This document shows, in pieces, positions 12,134 to 23,747 of a DNA stretch of 64,000 bases (position 1 is the first letter of the stretch; each line of letters starts with the position of its first letter). The notes below the pieces were generated by a model. The model had not been told where the DNA came from, made no database searches, and worked only from the letters and a program-made list of their open reading frames with translations. Location: NCBI RefSeq assembly GCF_027921745.1, contig NC_079238.1, forward strand, positions 3,038,001 to 3,102,000. The letters run 5' to 3'. The position numbers and the translations under genes are program-made. This DNA comes from Schizosaccharomyces osmophilus. Its lineage: Eukaryota.

Positions 12134-13047
12134 TCTAGCTTGTGGTGGAAAAATCGTAGCTAAAGTCAAAATGGGATGCAGTCATCATGGAAGAAGAAAG
12201 GAGCATAGGAAAAATGACAGACATGAAGAGTGCAATTCTATAAATCTATATTTACATGATATCGTTTCTTTCCTTTGAATCAAAATAAACGTGCGACGCA
12301 ACATTGCAATATGCATCTGTCGACTGTGAAAACAAGCTCATGTACATGTCGCTTTCACTATATGGAAAAAATGTTACATTACTATTCTTTCTATAACCGA
12401 TCAAACAATGGCTTCTATAATCTTTTTCGCATGGGCTATTATTTACTAATGAAACTCAAGGAGGCCTTTGGCAGGATATTTCATGCTTAATAATATAAGC
12501 ATTTGTAGACATGTAGGACTGAATATTCGTGTGCGTAGGCTCTATAAAGTAGTTGATTCTTCCTATTTAAGGACTAGTAGCGCTGCTGTTTGCTGTTCAT
12601 AGTGCCCAAAAGATTGCATCAAACCATATGTCTGCTCCAAGAGTGTTTGGTACACACCTTCAGCACCCAAATCAGAAATGATTCCTGAGAATATTGGTAG
12701 CTGAACAAAGCAATTTAAATCCTCTACAGAACCTTTATTTACCTTAGTTTCCTGAAATACTAAACAAGGCTGAAATTTCAATTACTGAAACTTTCGTAGT
12801 AACGAGGATAATACGAACCAAAGTTAGAAACTGAACTGTTTACAAAAGAAAGAAAAACTATTCCCAAAAGAAAACATAATACATTATCGGTAGATATTTA
12901 TGAGTGCATTGATGTATTTAACTATTGGTAAACCCGTAATACAGTACTGCACAACAGTTCACTCCCAACTTCAGACCATACCTACCACCGTGCCCTTAGT
13001 ACTCTTCCCAAGTGTGCTTGCCTTCAGGTTCATAAAAATTATCAAAA

Positions 13048-15873
13048 ATGTCTTGTTGGACGCTTGTTCAGCAAGATTCTTTCTTAGAGACTCCCTCTAG
13101 TGATCAGTTAAAGACAGCCTTGGAGTCCAAAAATGACTACGTTAAAATCAGTGCAATGAAAACAATTCTACGAATAATCATTAATGGAGATCCTTTATCT
13201 TCTATCCTAATGCATGTTATTCGTTTTGTGATGCCTTCGAGGAGTAAAGAACTCAAAAAGCTTCTATACTATTATTGGGAAATATGTCCAAAATACAACA
13301 ATGATGGTACCATGAAACAAGAAATGATCTTGGCTTGTAACTCCTTTCGCAATGACCTCCAGCATCCAAATGAGTATATTCGTGGAGCTACTTTGCGGTT
13401 TCTTTGTAAGCTTAAAGAACCGGAACTTTTGGAACCTCTTATACCTACCGTTCGTCAATGCTTGGAACATCGCCATGCCTATGTCCGTAAAAATGCAATT
13501 ATGAGTGTGTTTAGTATCTACCAGACCTCGTCTCACTTAATTCCTGACGCTGCATCTCTAATTGAAGATGTACTGGTAGTTGAAACCGAAGGAACCTGCA
13601 AGCGCAACGCTTTGATTGTTTTGTGTACCATTGATCCTGAGCATGCTGCAAGCTGGTTAACGAATAATTTTGATAATCTTATTTCCCTCAACGCCTCTTC
13701 TCTCTTAATTGTTATTGAGTTTATTCGAAAGATCGTCATTGTCAACTCACCCGACAAAACTAAATATTTCTCACTTCTATTAGAGCTCTTGCACGTAAAT
13801 TCCAGCAGCGTCGTTTTTGAAGCTTCTACTTCTTTAATGAACATGACGACAAACATTCAAATCATCAAAACTGCTGCCTCTCGACTTTTGGATCTTGCTA
13901 CCCGCGAAGCCGACAACAATGCTAAACTTATTATGCTTGACAGAATCGCTGATCTCGTTCAGCATGAAAAGTCTGGACTAGATGATATCGTTACCGACGT
14001 TCTTCCATTCCTGGCTAATACTGATTTCGATGTTTGCGAGAAAGCCATTTCCATTCTTCTGGGTTTGGTTACCAGTAGAAATGTTGATGATATCCTCGAG
14101 CACCTTCAAAAGGAGTTGTCCAAATCCAACGGTGAATCCGAAAATGATGATGCTCGTCGCCGCGCTCTTACAGAAGCTATCCACCATTGTGCAATTATTT
14201 TCCCTCAAACAGCTGCCACTGCAATTCAATATCTTTTAAGTCACATTTCTGATTTTCAGAGTAAATCCGCTTCAAGCGTTTTGTCTTTTGTGAAAGAAGT
14301 TATGGAAAAGTTCCCCGAACTCCGTTCCGCAAACCTTACCAAACTTTTACTTTCTTTGAAGGAGTTTCGTGCAGGAAAGATTTTCCGCGGTGTTGTTTGG
14401 ATTGCTGGTGAGTATTGCCTAACTGAAGCTGATATAAGGACTGCTTGGAAGAGCATTCGAGCAAGCATTGGTGAAATTCCTATTTTAGCTTCGGAAGAGC
14501 AACTTTTAAACGATGTTTCAGACCGCCAAGAACAAGAGTTGCTTGTTGATGTTCAAGCGGCACCCTCCTCAAGTCGTAAAATCCTTGCAGATGGAACCTA
14601 CGCTACTGAAAGTGCTGTAACAAGCGAGTCACTTAACGCTGCTAAACTCGAAGCCGTGAGAGCATCTAAAAAGCCTCCCTTGAGAACTCAGATTTTGGGC
14701 GGTGATTACTATCTGGCGACAGTATTAGCTTCTGCTCTTACAAAGCTTGTAATGCGCTACCACCAAATTTCTGATGATCGTGAGAGATTAAATGCTCTTC
14801 GCGCTGAAGCAACCTTAATTATGACATCCATTATCCGCGTCGGACAGTCGAAGTTTGTCAAATACACAATTGATGATGATTCTGTTGAGCGTATATTAAG
14901 TTGCATTAAGGTCCTTTATTCCTTTGAAGAATTTCTACCTCTGCAAAAGGTTTTCCTTGAAGATACAAAGAGTGCATTTTCTCACATTGTTGTAGAGAAT
15001 GAAAAACGCCAAAAGGCCGAAGCGTCTCTCGCCAATGAACGTAACGCTATGCAGCCTGATGATACCCTCAGGATTCGACAACTCAGCAGAGCGATTGAGG
15101 AGAAAGCCGAAGCCTCTTTTGAGGCTGATGTGGTTCAAGCAGCAAGCGACGGCATTGTTGTGGAAGATTTGTCCTCCAAGTTGGATCATGTTGTGTCCTT
15201 AACTGGATATACTGACCCGGTATACGTTGAGGCATACGTGAAGATTCAGCAATTTGATATTATTTTGGATATTCTTATAGTCAATCGTACCGACAGTACT
15301 TTGCAGAATCTTTGCTTAGAACTGGCCACCTTAGGTGAGCTAAAAATCGTCGAACGACCATCTCCGCTAAATTTGGCACCGAGAGCATTTAATTCTGTTC
15401 AGGCCACTATAAAGGTTTCCTCTACTGATTCTGGTGTAATCTTTGGTGCTGTTTCTTTTGGTGGTAAAGCGTCCGAAGAAGATCATGTGGTTAATTTGAG
15501 CAGTATATCTCTGAATTTGATGGATTATATCAAGCCCGCCGCTTGTCCTGAATCCAAGTTCCGCAGCATGTGGACTGAATTTGAATGGGAGAACAAGGTT
15601 GATATCTCGTCCAATGAAAATATAAACTTAATGGAATTTTTGCATAAACTAATGAAGAAGACGAATATGAATTGCCTTACTCCTGACGCCAGCCTACGGG
15701 GAGACTGTGGTTTCTTGAGCGCCAATTTGTATGCCCGCAGTATTTTTGGCGAGGACGCACTAATGAGTTTGAGTGTTGAAAAGTCTACAGACGGACCTAT
15801 ATCTGGCCATGTTCGAATTCGCTCAAAGACCCAAGGAATCGCTCTAACATTAGGGTCTTTAGTTGCTGCTTAA
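13048..15873 (+). CDS. sec26: Coatomer beta subunit (beta-COP)
   Basis: 941-aa intact ORF; RNDLQHPNEYIRGATLRFLCKL, FRSMWTEFEWENKV and GHVRIRSKTQGIALTLG motifs. Confidence 0.98.
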   Translation: MSCWTLVQQDSFLETPSSDQLKTALESKNDYVKISAMKTILRIIINGDPLSSILMHVIRFVMPSRSKELKKLLYYYWEICPKYNNDGTMKQEMILACNSFRNDLQHPNEYIRGATLRFLCKLKEPELLEPLIPTVRQCLEHRHAYVRKNAIMSVFSIYQTSSHLIPDAASLIEDVLVVETEGTCKRNALIVLCTIDPEHAASWLTNNFDNLISLNASSLLIVIEFIRKIVIVNSPDKTKYFSLLLELLHVNSSSVVFEASTSLMNMTTNIQIIKTAASRLLDLATREADNNAKLIMLDRIADLVQHEKSGLDDIVTDVLPFLANTDFDVCEKAISILLGLVTSRNVDDILEHLQKELSKSNGESENDDARRRALTEAIHHCAIIFPQTAATAIQYLLSHISDFQSKSASSVLSFVKEVMEKFPELRSANLTKLLLSLKEFRAGKIFRGVVWIAGEYCLTEADIRTAWKSIRASIGEIPILASEEQLLNDVSDRQEQELLVDVQAAPSSSRKILADGTYATESAVTSESLNAAKLEAVRASKKPPLRTQILGGDYYLATVLASALTKLVMRYHQISDDRERLNALRAEATLIMTSIIRVGQSKFVKYTIDDDSVERILSCIKVLYSFEEFLPLQKVFLEDTKSAFSHIVVENEKRQKAEASLANERNAMQPDDTLRIRQLSRAIEEKAEASFEADVVQAASDGIVVEDLSSKLDHVVSLTGYTDPVYVEAYVKIQQFDIILDILIVNRTDSTLQNLCLELATLGELKIVERPSPLNLAPRAFNSVQATIKVSSTDSGVIFGAVSFGGKASEEDHVVNLSSISLNLMDYIKPAACPESKFRSMWTEFEWENKVDISSNENINLMEFLHKLMKKTNMNCLTPDASLRGDCGFLSANLYARSIFGEDALMSLSVEKSTDGPISGHVRIRSKTQGIALTLGSLVAA

Positions 15874-16447
15874 ACTATGACTTTCAAGACCACTTACACT
15901 TTACGAGAAATACTCAATCTCACACTGATTACATTGATAGATAAAAGGCGTTTCTCGATAATCCACACTCATCTTTTGTTTTATGATCTGGAATACTAAA
16001 CACAAATGTCGTTTAAAAGAGTATACTAAATTTCGTTTTCCAACCCTTTTCCTTATTTTTATCGATTTTTAAATAAAATTTTGCCAATAGAATGATTACT
16101 ATTTGCACAGATGGATTCAATGATATTCCTTATAATATGCAACAGGATAGTTTTACGCTTGGATAAAAGAAACCACAAGCTTTCAACAACAGAATCTTAT
16201 TATATAAACTAGTTAGTTATGTGTGTCCTAATTAACGAAGAATACGTTGACAGTAGATACAAGCCGCATCAAGAAGTAGTAGTATTGTTAGTATAGTCTA
16301 ATTCATAATTTAGATGTATGCTAACGATGTGTAGTGCTTTACGTTAACGGAACTGATTTGTTACTTCGGCCGCTACTTGACGTGGTAAACGTAAGACTGA
16401 AACTTGTCGTTAACCTATCTTTTTGTTAGGCTGAAGTTGCAGTTTAT

Positions 16448-19400
16448 ATGGTATGGGTGATAAATTTATAAATTTTTATTTTCTAATTCTTGTAGGCCAT
16501 TATAAAGAGAGTGAACCGCTCGAAAGTTGCGGACGCTAAGGCCCCAGACAGTACTGGACAAGCCAATGGCGTCCGCAAAGCTGTGTTTCAAGGCAACCGC
16601 AAGAAAACAGTTGGCGTGGATGATTTGACTTTGCTTTCCAAGATTTCGGAAGATGAAATTAATAAAAACTTAGAACTTCGTTTCCGTAATGGCGAAATCT
16701 ATACATATATTGGACATGTATTGATTTCAGTCAACCCTTTTCGTGATTTGGGTATTTATACTATGGATGTTCTAAAGTCTTATCAAGGAAAAAACAGACT
16801 TGAGACATCTCCTCATGTATATGCAATTGCCGAAAATGCCTACTATCAAATGAAGTCGTATCACGAAAATCAATGTATTATTATTTCTGGTGAATCCGGT
16901 GCTGGTAAAACTGAAGCTGCTAAGCAAATTATGCAATACATAACTCATGTTTCAAAGTCTGTTGGTACAGAAATAGAAAAGGTTTCTAAAATCATATTGG
17001 CGACCAACCCTCTACTCGAAAGCTTTGGCTGTGCTAAAACTCTTCGCAATAATAATTCCTCCCGTCATGGAAAATATCTAGAGATGATTTTCAACCCCTC
17101 AGGCGCTCCAATTGGTGCTAAAATTACGAACTATCTTTTGGAAAAAAATCGTATTGTTCATCAAGTTCGAAATGAGAGAAATTTCCATATTTTCTATCAA
17201 TTTACAAAGAGTGCTCCTCAGAAATATCGTGATGCGTATGGTATCCAAGGTCCCGAAAGCTATCTTTATACTTCGGCAAGTCAATGTTTCTCTGTTGACG
17301 GTATATCTGACGATAGAGACTTCCAGGGCACTATAAATGCTATGCAAGTCATTGGTATTACAGAAGCTGAACAGGACGAAATTTTTAAGGTGATTGCAAT
17401 TATTTTATGGCTTGGTAATATCCAGTTTCAAGAGGGTCCTGACGGTGGCAGTGTCATTACAGACAAAAGTATTTCAGAATTTTTAGGATACTTAATAGGT
17501 GTTTCTGCCCCTTTAATCGAGAAAGCTTTGACTATCAGGATTATGCAAACACAACATGGTTCCCGAAGAGGATCTGTTTATGAGGTTCCTCTCAATCCAA
17601 CCCAAGCATTAGCTGTCCGGGATGCTTTGGCTATGGCTCTCTACAACTGCCTTTTTGATTGGATAGTTGAGCGTGTAAACAGAGCATTAGTTACTTCGGA
17701 TCGATCCGCGAACACTTCAATTGGTATTCTTGATATTTACGGGTTTGAGATTTTCGAGAACAATTCTTTCGAACAACTTTGTATTAATTATGTCAATGAA
17801 AAGCTACAGCAAATTTTTATTGAACTTACCCTCAAAACCGAACAAGAAGAATACGTTCGTGAACAGATTGAATGGACTCCTATTAAGTATTTTAACAACA
17901 AAGTTGTGTGTGATTTAATTGAATCTAAGAGACCTCCTGGCCTTTTCGCTGCCATGAACGATGCTATCGCTACTGCGCATGCTGATTCGGCTGCTGCTGA
18001 TAATGCTTTTGCTCAACGCTTAAACTTCCTTTCGAGCAACCCTCACTTTGAACCAAGACAAACCCAATTTATTGTTAAGCACTATGCCGGTGATGTTACT
18101 TATGATACAATGGGTATGACTGACAAGAACAAAGATCAATTGGCTACTGATATTTTAAACGTTGTACACTCGTCGAGTAACAACTTTTTGAAGTCTATTT
18201 TCCCTGCCCCTCAAGAAACGAGTGCCAGACGCCGACCTCCTACGGCCGGTGATCGCATTAAAGCTTCTGCGAATGACCTGGTCGATACTTTGATGAAATG
18301 TCAACCATCTTATATTCGTACGATCAAACCGAATCAAACGAAGTCACCCCAGGACTATGATACTCGTATAGTGTTACATCAAGTCAAGTATCTTGGTCTT
18401 CAGGAGAATATTCGTATTCGACGTGCTGGTTTCGCTTATCGTCAAGCGTTTGATACATTTGCCCAACGCTTTTCTGTTTTGAGCGGTAAAACGAGTTATG
18501 CTGGCGAATACACTTGGCAAGGTGATGACAAAACTGCTTGCGAACAAATTTTGAAGGATACTAATATCCCCCCTACTGAATATCAGATGGGTACTAGTAA
18601 AGTGTTTGTAAAAAATCCTGAAACGCTTTTTGCTTTGGAGGACATGCGCGATAAATTTTGGGATAGTATGGCCGTAAGAATTCAACGGGCTTGGCGTGCT
18701 TACGTTAGAAGAAGGTCAGAAGCTGCTTCCTCTATACAGAAGCTATGGAATCGTAATAAAGTGAATGTTGAGCTTCAACGCGTTCGTGATGAAGGCTCAA
18801 AGCATTTACAAGGCAAGAAGGAGCGAAGAAGATATAGTATGTTAGGCTCTCGAAAGTTCTATGGTGATTACTTATCAGCCTCCAAGCCTAATGGTACTTT
18901 ATGGAGTACTTGCGGCTTAAGTTCTAGTGATAGTGTGATTTTCTCCATGCGTTGCGAAGTACTCGTTCACAAATTAGGCCGTTCTTCTAAACCCTCTCCT
19001 CGCCAGCTTGTTTTAACGAAGAAGGCCCTATATCTGGTTATTACTAAAATTGTTGATCATCAACTTACTCAGCAGGTTGAAAAGAAATTTTCTGTTTCTT
19101 CTATCGATTCGGTCAATTTGACAAGCCTACAGGATGATTGGGTTGCTGTACGAAGCAAATCTAGTCCAGATGGTGATATGTTTTTGCGTTGCTTTTTCAA
19201 AACTGAACTGGTTACAGTTCTTCGTAAAATAAATCGCCAAATTAAAGTTATTGTGGCCCCAACTATTGAATATTGTCGTAAACAAGGAAAGACTTTAATT
19301 GTTAAATCACAGAAGGAGGAAACAGCAAATGATTACGATTATTATAAGAGTAGCACTATCCGTGTTGGGACTGGTTTACCTCCTAATAGTGTCAGCAAAC

Positions 19401-20080
19401 CGTTCCCTCGTCTTGCTACCGGTGTTTCTCCAGCCGTGAGACAGCCTCCTGCACAGGCAACTGCAAAACCAGCACCCGTCAAGAGAGCTGCTCAACCAAG
19501 ACAGCAACCTCTACCTCAGCCTGTCAAGCAAAATAAGCCGCCCGCGCCAGTCTCTCAGGCGAAGACTACTCAACCATCTCCTCCCGCAGCCCCCAGTTTG
19601 TATGAAATTAACCAAACCACCCAAATATTTCCTGCGGAACAATCATCCTCTCCTTCGTCTGCTCCCCAGCCTATTGAATCTCCTGCCGCTACTAAGCCAA
19701 CTGCCTTTGCGACACCCAGTCAAGCTCCTCGTGCTCCTCCACCACCAGCTCCCCCTGCTGCTCCTCAAAAACCCTTATACATTGCTTTGTATGATTTTGC
19801 CGGTCGAAGTGCTAATGAAATGTCAATAAAGAAAGATGAGACACTTGAAATTGTACTTAAAGAGCCTAGTGGTTGGTGGCTTGCTGTCAAGAATGGATCA
19901 GAGGGATGGGTACCTGCAACATACGTAACTGAAAGCAAGGATAGTACAATGTCCGCCGAAACCCCAGTAAACAATGGTGATTCAAGTCCTGGTGTAAACA
20001 ACTTAGCCGGTTCACTCGCCGATGCACTTCGTATGCGTGCGTCTGCTGTCCGCGGTAGTGATGATGAAGAGGACTGGTAA
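16448..20080 (+). CDS. myo1: Type I myosin; first coding exon is only the ATG (16448-16450), second exon 16496-20080
   Basis: Motor with GESGAGKT, TEDS-site region RRGSVY, IQ motifs, TH1, Pro-rich TH2, SH3 (ALYDFAG..GWW..GWVPATY) and acidic tail DDEEDW. Intron GTATGG..CTAAT..TAG at 16451-16495 gives MAIIKRVNRSK. Confidence 0.98.
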
Positions 20081-20385
20081 AGGCTTCCTATGTACATATA
20101 ATGATCTTTGAATTCTTGCAATTGAAAACAAATATCAGCCCTTTACTATCATTTTTATGTTTTAGATACTATAAAGTATTGCCATGTCAATTTATGAAAT
20201 AAATCGTTTTATTTTATTAGCGTACGTTGAGTAGAGAATTTTGAGCTAGCAAGCCAAGAACTAAAGCAGTTCTTAAAAAGTTTTCGCGTTTCGTTGTAAA
20301 TCCAATACATAATTGAAAGTATATGGGGGTATTTCATTATCGTGCTATGAACGTAATCAGACGTAAACCCTTTAATGGAGAACCA

Positions 20386-21798
20386 TTAAATTCCTTTGGC
20401 AACCGTGGAAAGAATAGCTTGTTTTAGCTTAGAACTACGGTCGAAGAGTGACATGCCGAGAGAGCGTACGGTGCTGACAACACAATTATCCAAAGCATAT
20501 AGTTTATGAAACTTATCGGCGGTGCCAAGATAAACGTGATTCTTAAAGTACCGATTCTTAAAGTAAGGCTGAAGCGAGAACATACTACCAGGGTCTTGTC
20601 CGTGCTGGATAGCATAAGAAAGAGCGTTTGTTAAGGCTTCAGCATCTTGTATTCCAGTGTTCATTCCCTGTCCAGCAAGTGGATGAGTATTATGGGCAGC
20701 ATCGCCACACAGCGCAACATTTTCCTTTACATACTCGTCAACATGAGCCATACGTAGAGGAAATGATGCGCGTGAATTAGGAACGATTTCTGTAATTTGA
20801 GGAGGCGTGTCAAATGATAAAGAACGTCTCTTAGTTTCAATCCTCCAGTCTAGCTGCTTTTCTAAATTTTTTGGCTTACTAACGTCCATCTTAAAGAGAT
20901 AATCTAAATCAACCTGATCTAAGAGAAACGCAGCGTTCAAAAATTTGACAAATATAGGCTCTGGTAAGGCAAGCAACTTTTTTGCTAGTTCTGAATATAT
21001 AGACCAAACGAAAGTAGCATTGTCTCCGGGAAGAGGGAGGTATGCCAAAGGACCCGTAGGCAGAAAGCGCTGAAAAGCAACCGAAGGCAAATTATTTTGG
21101 GATACCCGTAAAGTTCCAACGACGCCGTGAGCAAGATATGCCCAACCAGGCATTTCTATTTTAGCGAATCGGCGGACTATAGAGTTTCTTCCATCGGCCC
21201 CAACCAGCAATCGTGTGCGAAGTACTCCATGAGTTGATGTGTGTATGCAAGGTGTGTTTGTGTGTTCATCTCTTGTTATTCCCTCAATATTGCAAGGGAC
21301 TAAGAAATCAAAATTGTCTTGATGGAGATCCTTTCTTTTTAGGATTGATCGTAATAAACCGTATTGTAAGTTTACATTTTCCGCCATGAAAGCCATCGGC
21401 TCAGTATCCTTTGTTTGATCAAATTGTATTTTTGAATTAGTTATCCCATCGTAAGCAACGATATGTTGAAAGGGATGTAATCTTTCTCTGCGCATCAGAT
21501 CCCAAGCTCCAATTCTTTCAAAGAATTTGCGACTGCGAGACATCACGGATACACAGCGATTCGAATATGAAGTGGGATTCCAATCCTGAATCTTCATAGT
21601 GTTCTGGTTGTCTAAAATAGCTACCTTTAATGACCGTGTATGAGGATTAGTTTGTAATCCCGCAGCTAAGGCCAGTCCGACGGGACCCGTTCCGACAATA
21701 GTAATATCGAAATCGCTTTTTCGTGTGTTCGTCTGGGAAGCAAACCCACGAATTACTTCGGGAGAAACTCGTAAAGCAGTACTAGACATTCGCATCAT
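20386..21798 (-). CDS. coq6: Ubiquinone biosynthesis FAD monooxygenase Coq6
   Basis: GTGPVG FAD motif, LLVGADGRNSIVR, QRFLPTGPLAYLPL, GDAAHNTHPLAGQGMNTG; basic mitochondrial-type N-terminus. First ATG is at 21798; the ORF track starts at a TTG. Confidence 0.95.
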   Translation of the reverse strand: MMRMSSTALRVSPEVIRGFASQTNTRKSDFDITIVGTGPVGLALAAGLQTNPHTRSLKVAILDNQNTMKIQDWNPTSYSNRCVSVMSRSRKFFERIGAWDLMRRERLHPFQHIVAYDGITNSKIQFDQTKDTEPMAFMAENVNLQYGLLRSILKRKDLHQDNFDFLVPCNIEGITRDEHTNTPCIHTSTHGVLRTRLLVGADGRNSIVRRFAKIEMPGWAYLAHGVVGTLRVSQNNLPSVAFQRFLPTGPLAYLPLPGDNATFVWSIYSELAKKLLALPEPIFVKFLNAAFLLDQVDLDYLFKMDVSKPKNLEKQLDWRIETKRRSLSFDTPPQITEIVPNSRASFPLRMAHVDEYVKENVALCGDAAHNTHPLAGQGMNTGIQDAEALTNALSYAIQHGQDPGSMFSLQPYFKNRYFKNHVYLGTADKFHKLYALDNCVVSTVRSLGMSLFDRSSKLKQAILSTVAKGI

Positions 21799-22406
21799 GG
21801 CAGGGTACAATATTATTAAATGAAGAAAAGGCTTTTGATTAATGCTTTACTTTTGAAATTCTTTATAGGGTTACTTTCTCCAATTTAATACATATCGATG
21901 GGGGTTGTAGGTTCTGTGCAATCGTATGTTCGTAGTGTTCAGTTCTTCTGAGAAGTAACTATTTAAAAATGATTGATGAGAGGGCTAACAGTCATACTGA
22001 ATTCGCTCATAGTATTTAGTATTCAATATTTTTTGACATTCAACGGATTATAGTTTTTCTCTGTATTTATGATTGTTTACACGACGAATGCTGAGTTCTT
22101 ACATCAGCCTTTGGTATGTAACATCTTCATCGTGGAGAACTGGTAATTACCATTCAAAGAAACTGTCATAGATGAACTACTTATATTTATACCCAAGACC
22201 TTAAATTTATAGGATCCTGCTTGTACAATACATGTTTTCCCTATACTACAAGACGGACGTACAGCATTATGGAGTATAATAATTATAACTAATATATTGA
22301 ACGAATAATAAATAAAGAACCTTTGCTAAATTAGAAAATCGAGCATGTAAGAATAGAGACATGAGAGACCTTCAACGAAATCTGAAGGAAGAGAAGCATA
22401 TGCATA

Positions 22407-22576
22407 GTAAATAATGCTTAACAAGCCAATGTAACATCAACAATTAATCATAAAACAAATAAAAGTATAACATAAACAATTATCGACAAACGTAAATAAA
22501 GTTTGTGAATGTAGAGTCAAAATCCATAAACAAAGAGTGTTTGTTTACCTTTCGTTTTTGTTTATATACTGTTTAC
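22407..22576. promoter_or_regulatory. Cluster of forkhead/Mei4 FLEX elements upstream of mug97
   Basis: TGTTTGTTTAC (reverse complement GTAAACAAACA) 22538-22548; GTAAATA 22407 and 22492; TGTTTAC 22570-22576. Confidence 0.7.
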
Positions 22577-22703
22577 CAAGGATTTGAATTGGCCAAAACC
22601 CAACCTCATTTCAAGAAAAAGGCAGGAATAATCCTTCCTTTTCTTTTCTTCTTTTTGGATAACTTTTTTTTTTTTGGTACGTGGGCTGCAAGTTCCGAAG
22701 ATA

Positions 22704-23747
22704 ATGGGGATGTCGAAACCGGTTGCCAGTAATACCGACATGAAACAAGAAAGTCGTGACGATTTACAGGTTCAGCATCAGATTAATTGTAACGAATTAC
22801 AAGATCAAAATGATGCTGGCTTCTATTTGCAGACCAACGAAGGTGATCTGCCTGGCTTAACTGGAAATCAGATAAAAAAGCCATTGACGAGCAACTCGTC
22901 AATAAAGGAAGATCCCTGCGTATCTGAGAAACCAAAACTTTATGAAAATGATGAAGAAAGACAATCAGAATATTATCCTTCCGATTCTGAAAACCAGCTC
23001 GCTCGTAGTTTACACAGCGAAGCTTTTCAAAAACCCGATGATGTGAAAGGACAACACTTACAAGTCTATACTCAAGAATTCCATGTCCAAACTCCTTTAA
23101 CTCCACAGTCCGTCACAGATAGAACTGTTGTATCGCCAACCGATGATATATCCCCTACTGAATCAGTAGTTTCAACGAAACCAGATTCAGTTTTTCCAAA
23201 CAGACAAGGGCATTTTGCATCAGGATCGGAAAGTAGTTCTGTGTTCATTTGTTTGTACCACAAGCAGTATGGCAAGTGGCATCTGAAAATGAGTGACGAG
23301 GATGATAATCAGGCAGTCGAAGCGTATGCTCAACATTTCAGCAGCGAAAACCGTCCTTCTATTTTCTATTTGTTTCGAGGTATTTCGTTTGGTCCGGAAT
23401 ATGACTATGTATTACGCCCCAAAAATTGGTGGAATCCCATGAGCGAAAAAGTTATGCGAAAGGAGGTAGTAGTTCGAAAAATCGACACTCAACCAGGATG
23501 TCGATCTGTATACGAACGCTATCATCAAAATAAAGTTCAGGGAGGTGAAGATTTATTAATTGTACCAGTATATGGATTAAATATATGGATTGTCTCCTTA
23601 ATAGTTGCAAGCGCTGCTGGATCAGTGATAATTGGCTTATGGATGCGGCTTTCAGATCCCTTTTTTGCACATGGAATGCTTCTCAACCTCGGACTAGGAA
23701 GTATTGGTAGTTTCTTATACTTGCTTTCGAACACTTGGTGCAGATAA
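22704..23747 (+). CDS. mug97: Meiotically upregulated membrane protein, Mug97-like (acidic disordered N-terminus, two C-terminal hydrophobic helices)
   Basis: First ATG at 22704; hydrophobic segments IWIVSLIVASAAGSVIIGLWM and GMLLNLGLGSIGSFLYLL; FLEX-rich promoter. The name comes from recalled synteny. Confidence 0.7.
   Translation: MGMSKPVASNTDMKQESRDDLQVQHQINCNELQDQNDAGFYLQTNEGDLPGLTGNQIKKPLTSNSSIKEDPCVSEKPKLYENDEERQSEYYPSDSENQLARSLHSEAFQKPDDVKGQHLQVYTQEFHVQTPLTPQSVTDRTVVSPTDDISPTESVVSTKPDSVFPNRQGHFASGSESSSVFICLYHKQYGKWHLKMSDEDDNQAVEAYAQHFSSENRPSIFYLFRGISFGPEYDYVLRPKNWWNPMSEKVMRKEVVVRKIDTQPGCRSVYERYHQNKVQGGEDLLIVPVYGLNIWIVSLIVASAAGSVIIGLWMRLSDPFFAHGMLLNLGLGSIGSFLYLLSNTWCR

Noticed and set aside
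16219..16347. Possible 26-aa spliced upstream ORF before myo1
   Set aside because: Its ATG is only about 10 nt past the TATA box and so is probably upstream of the TSS.
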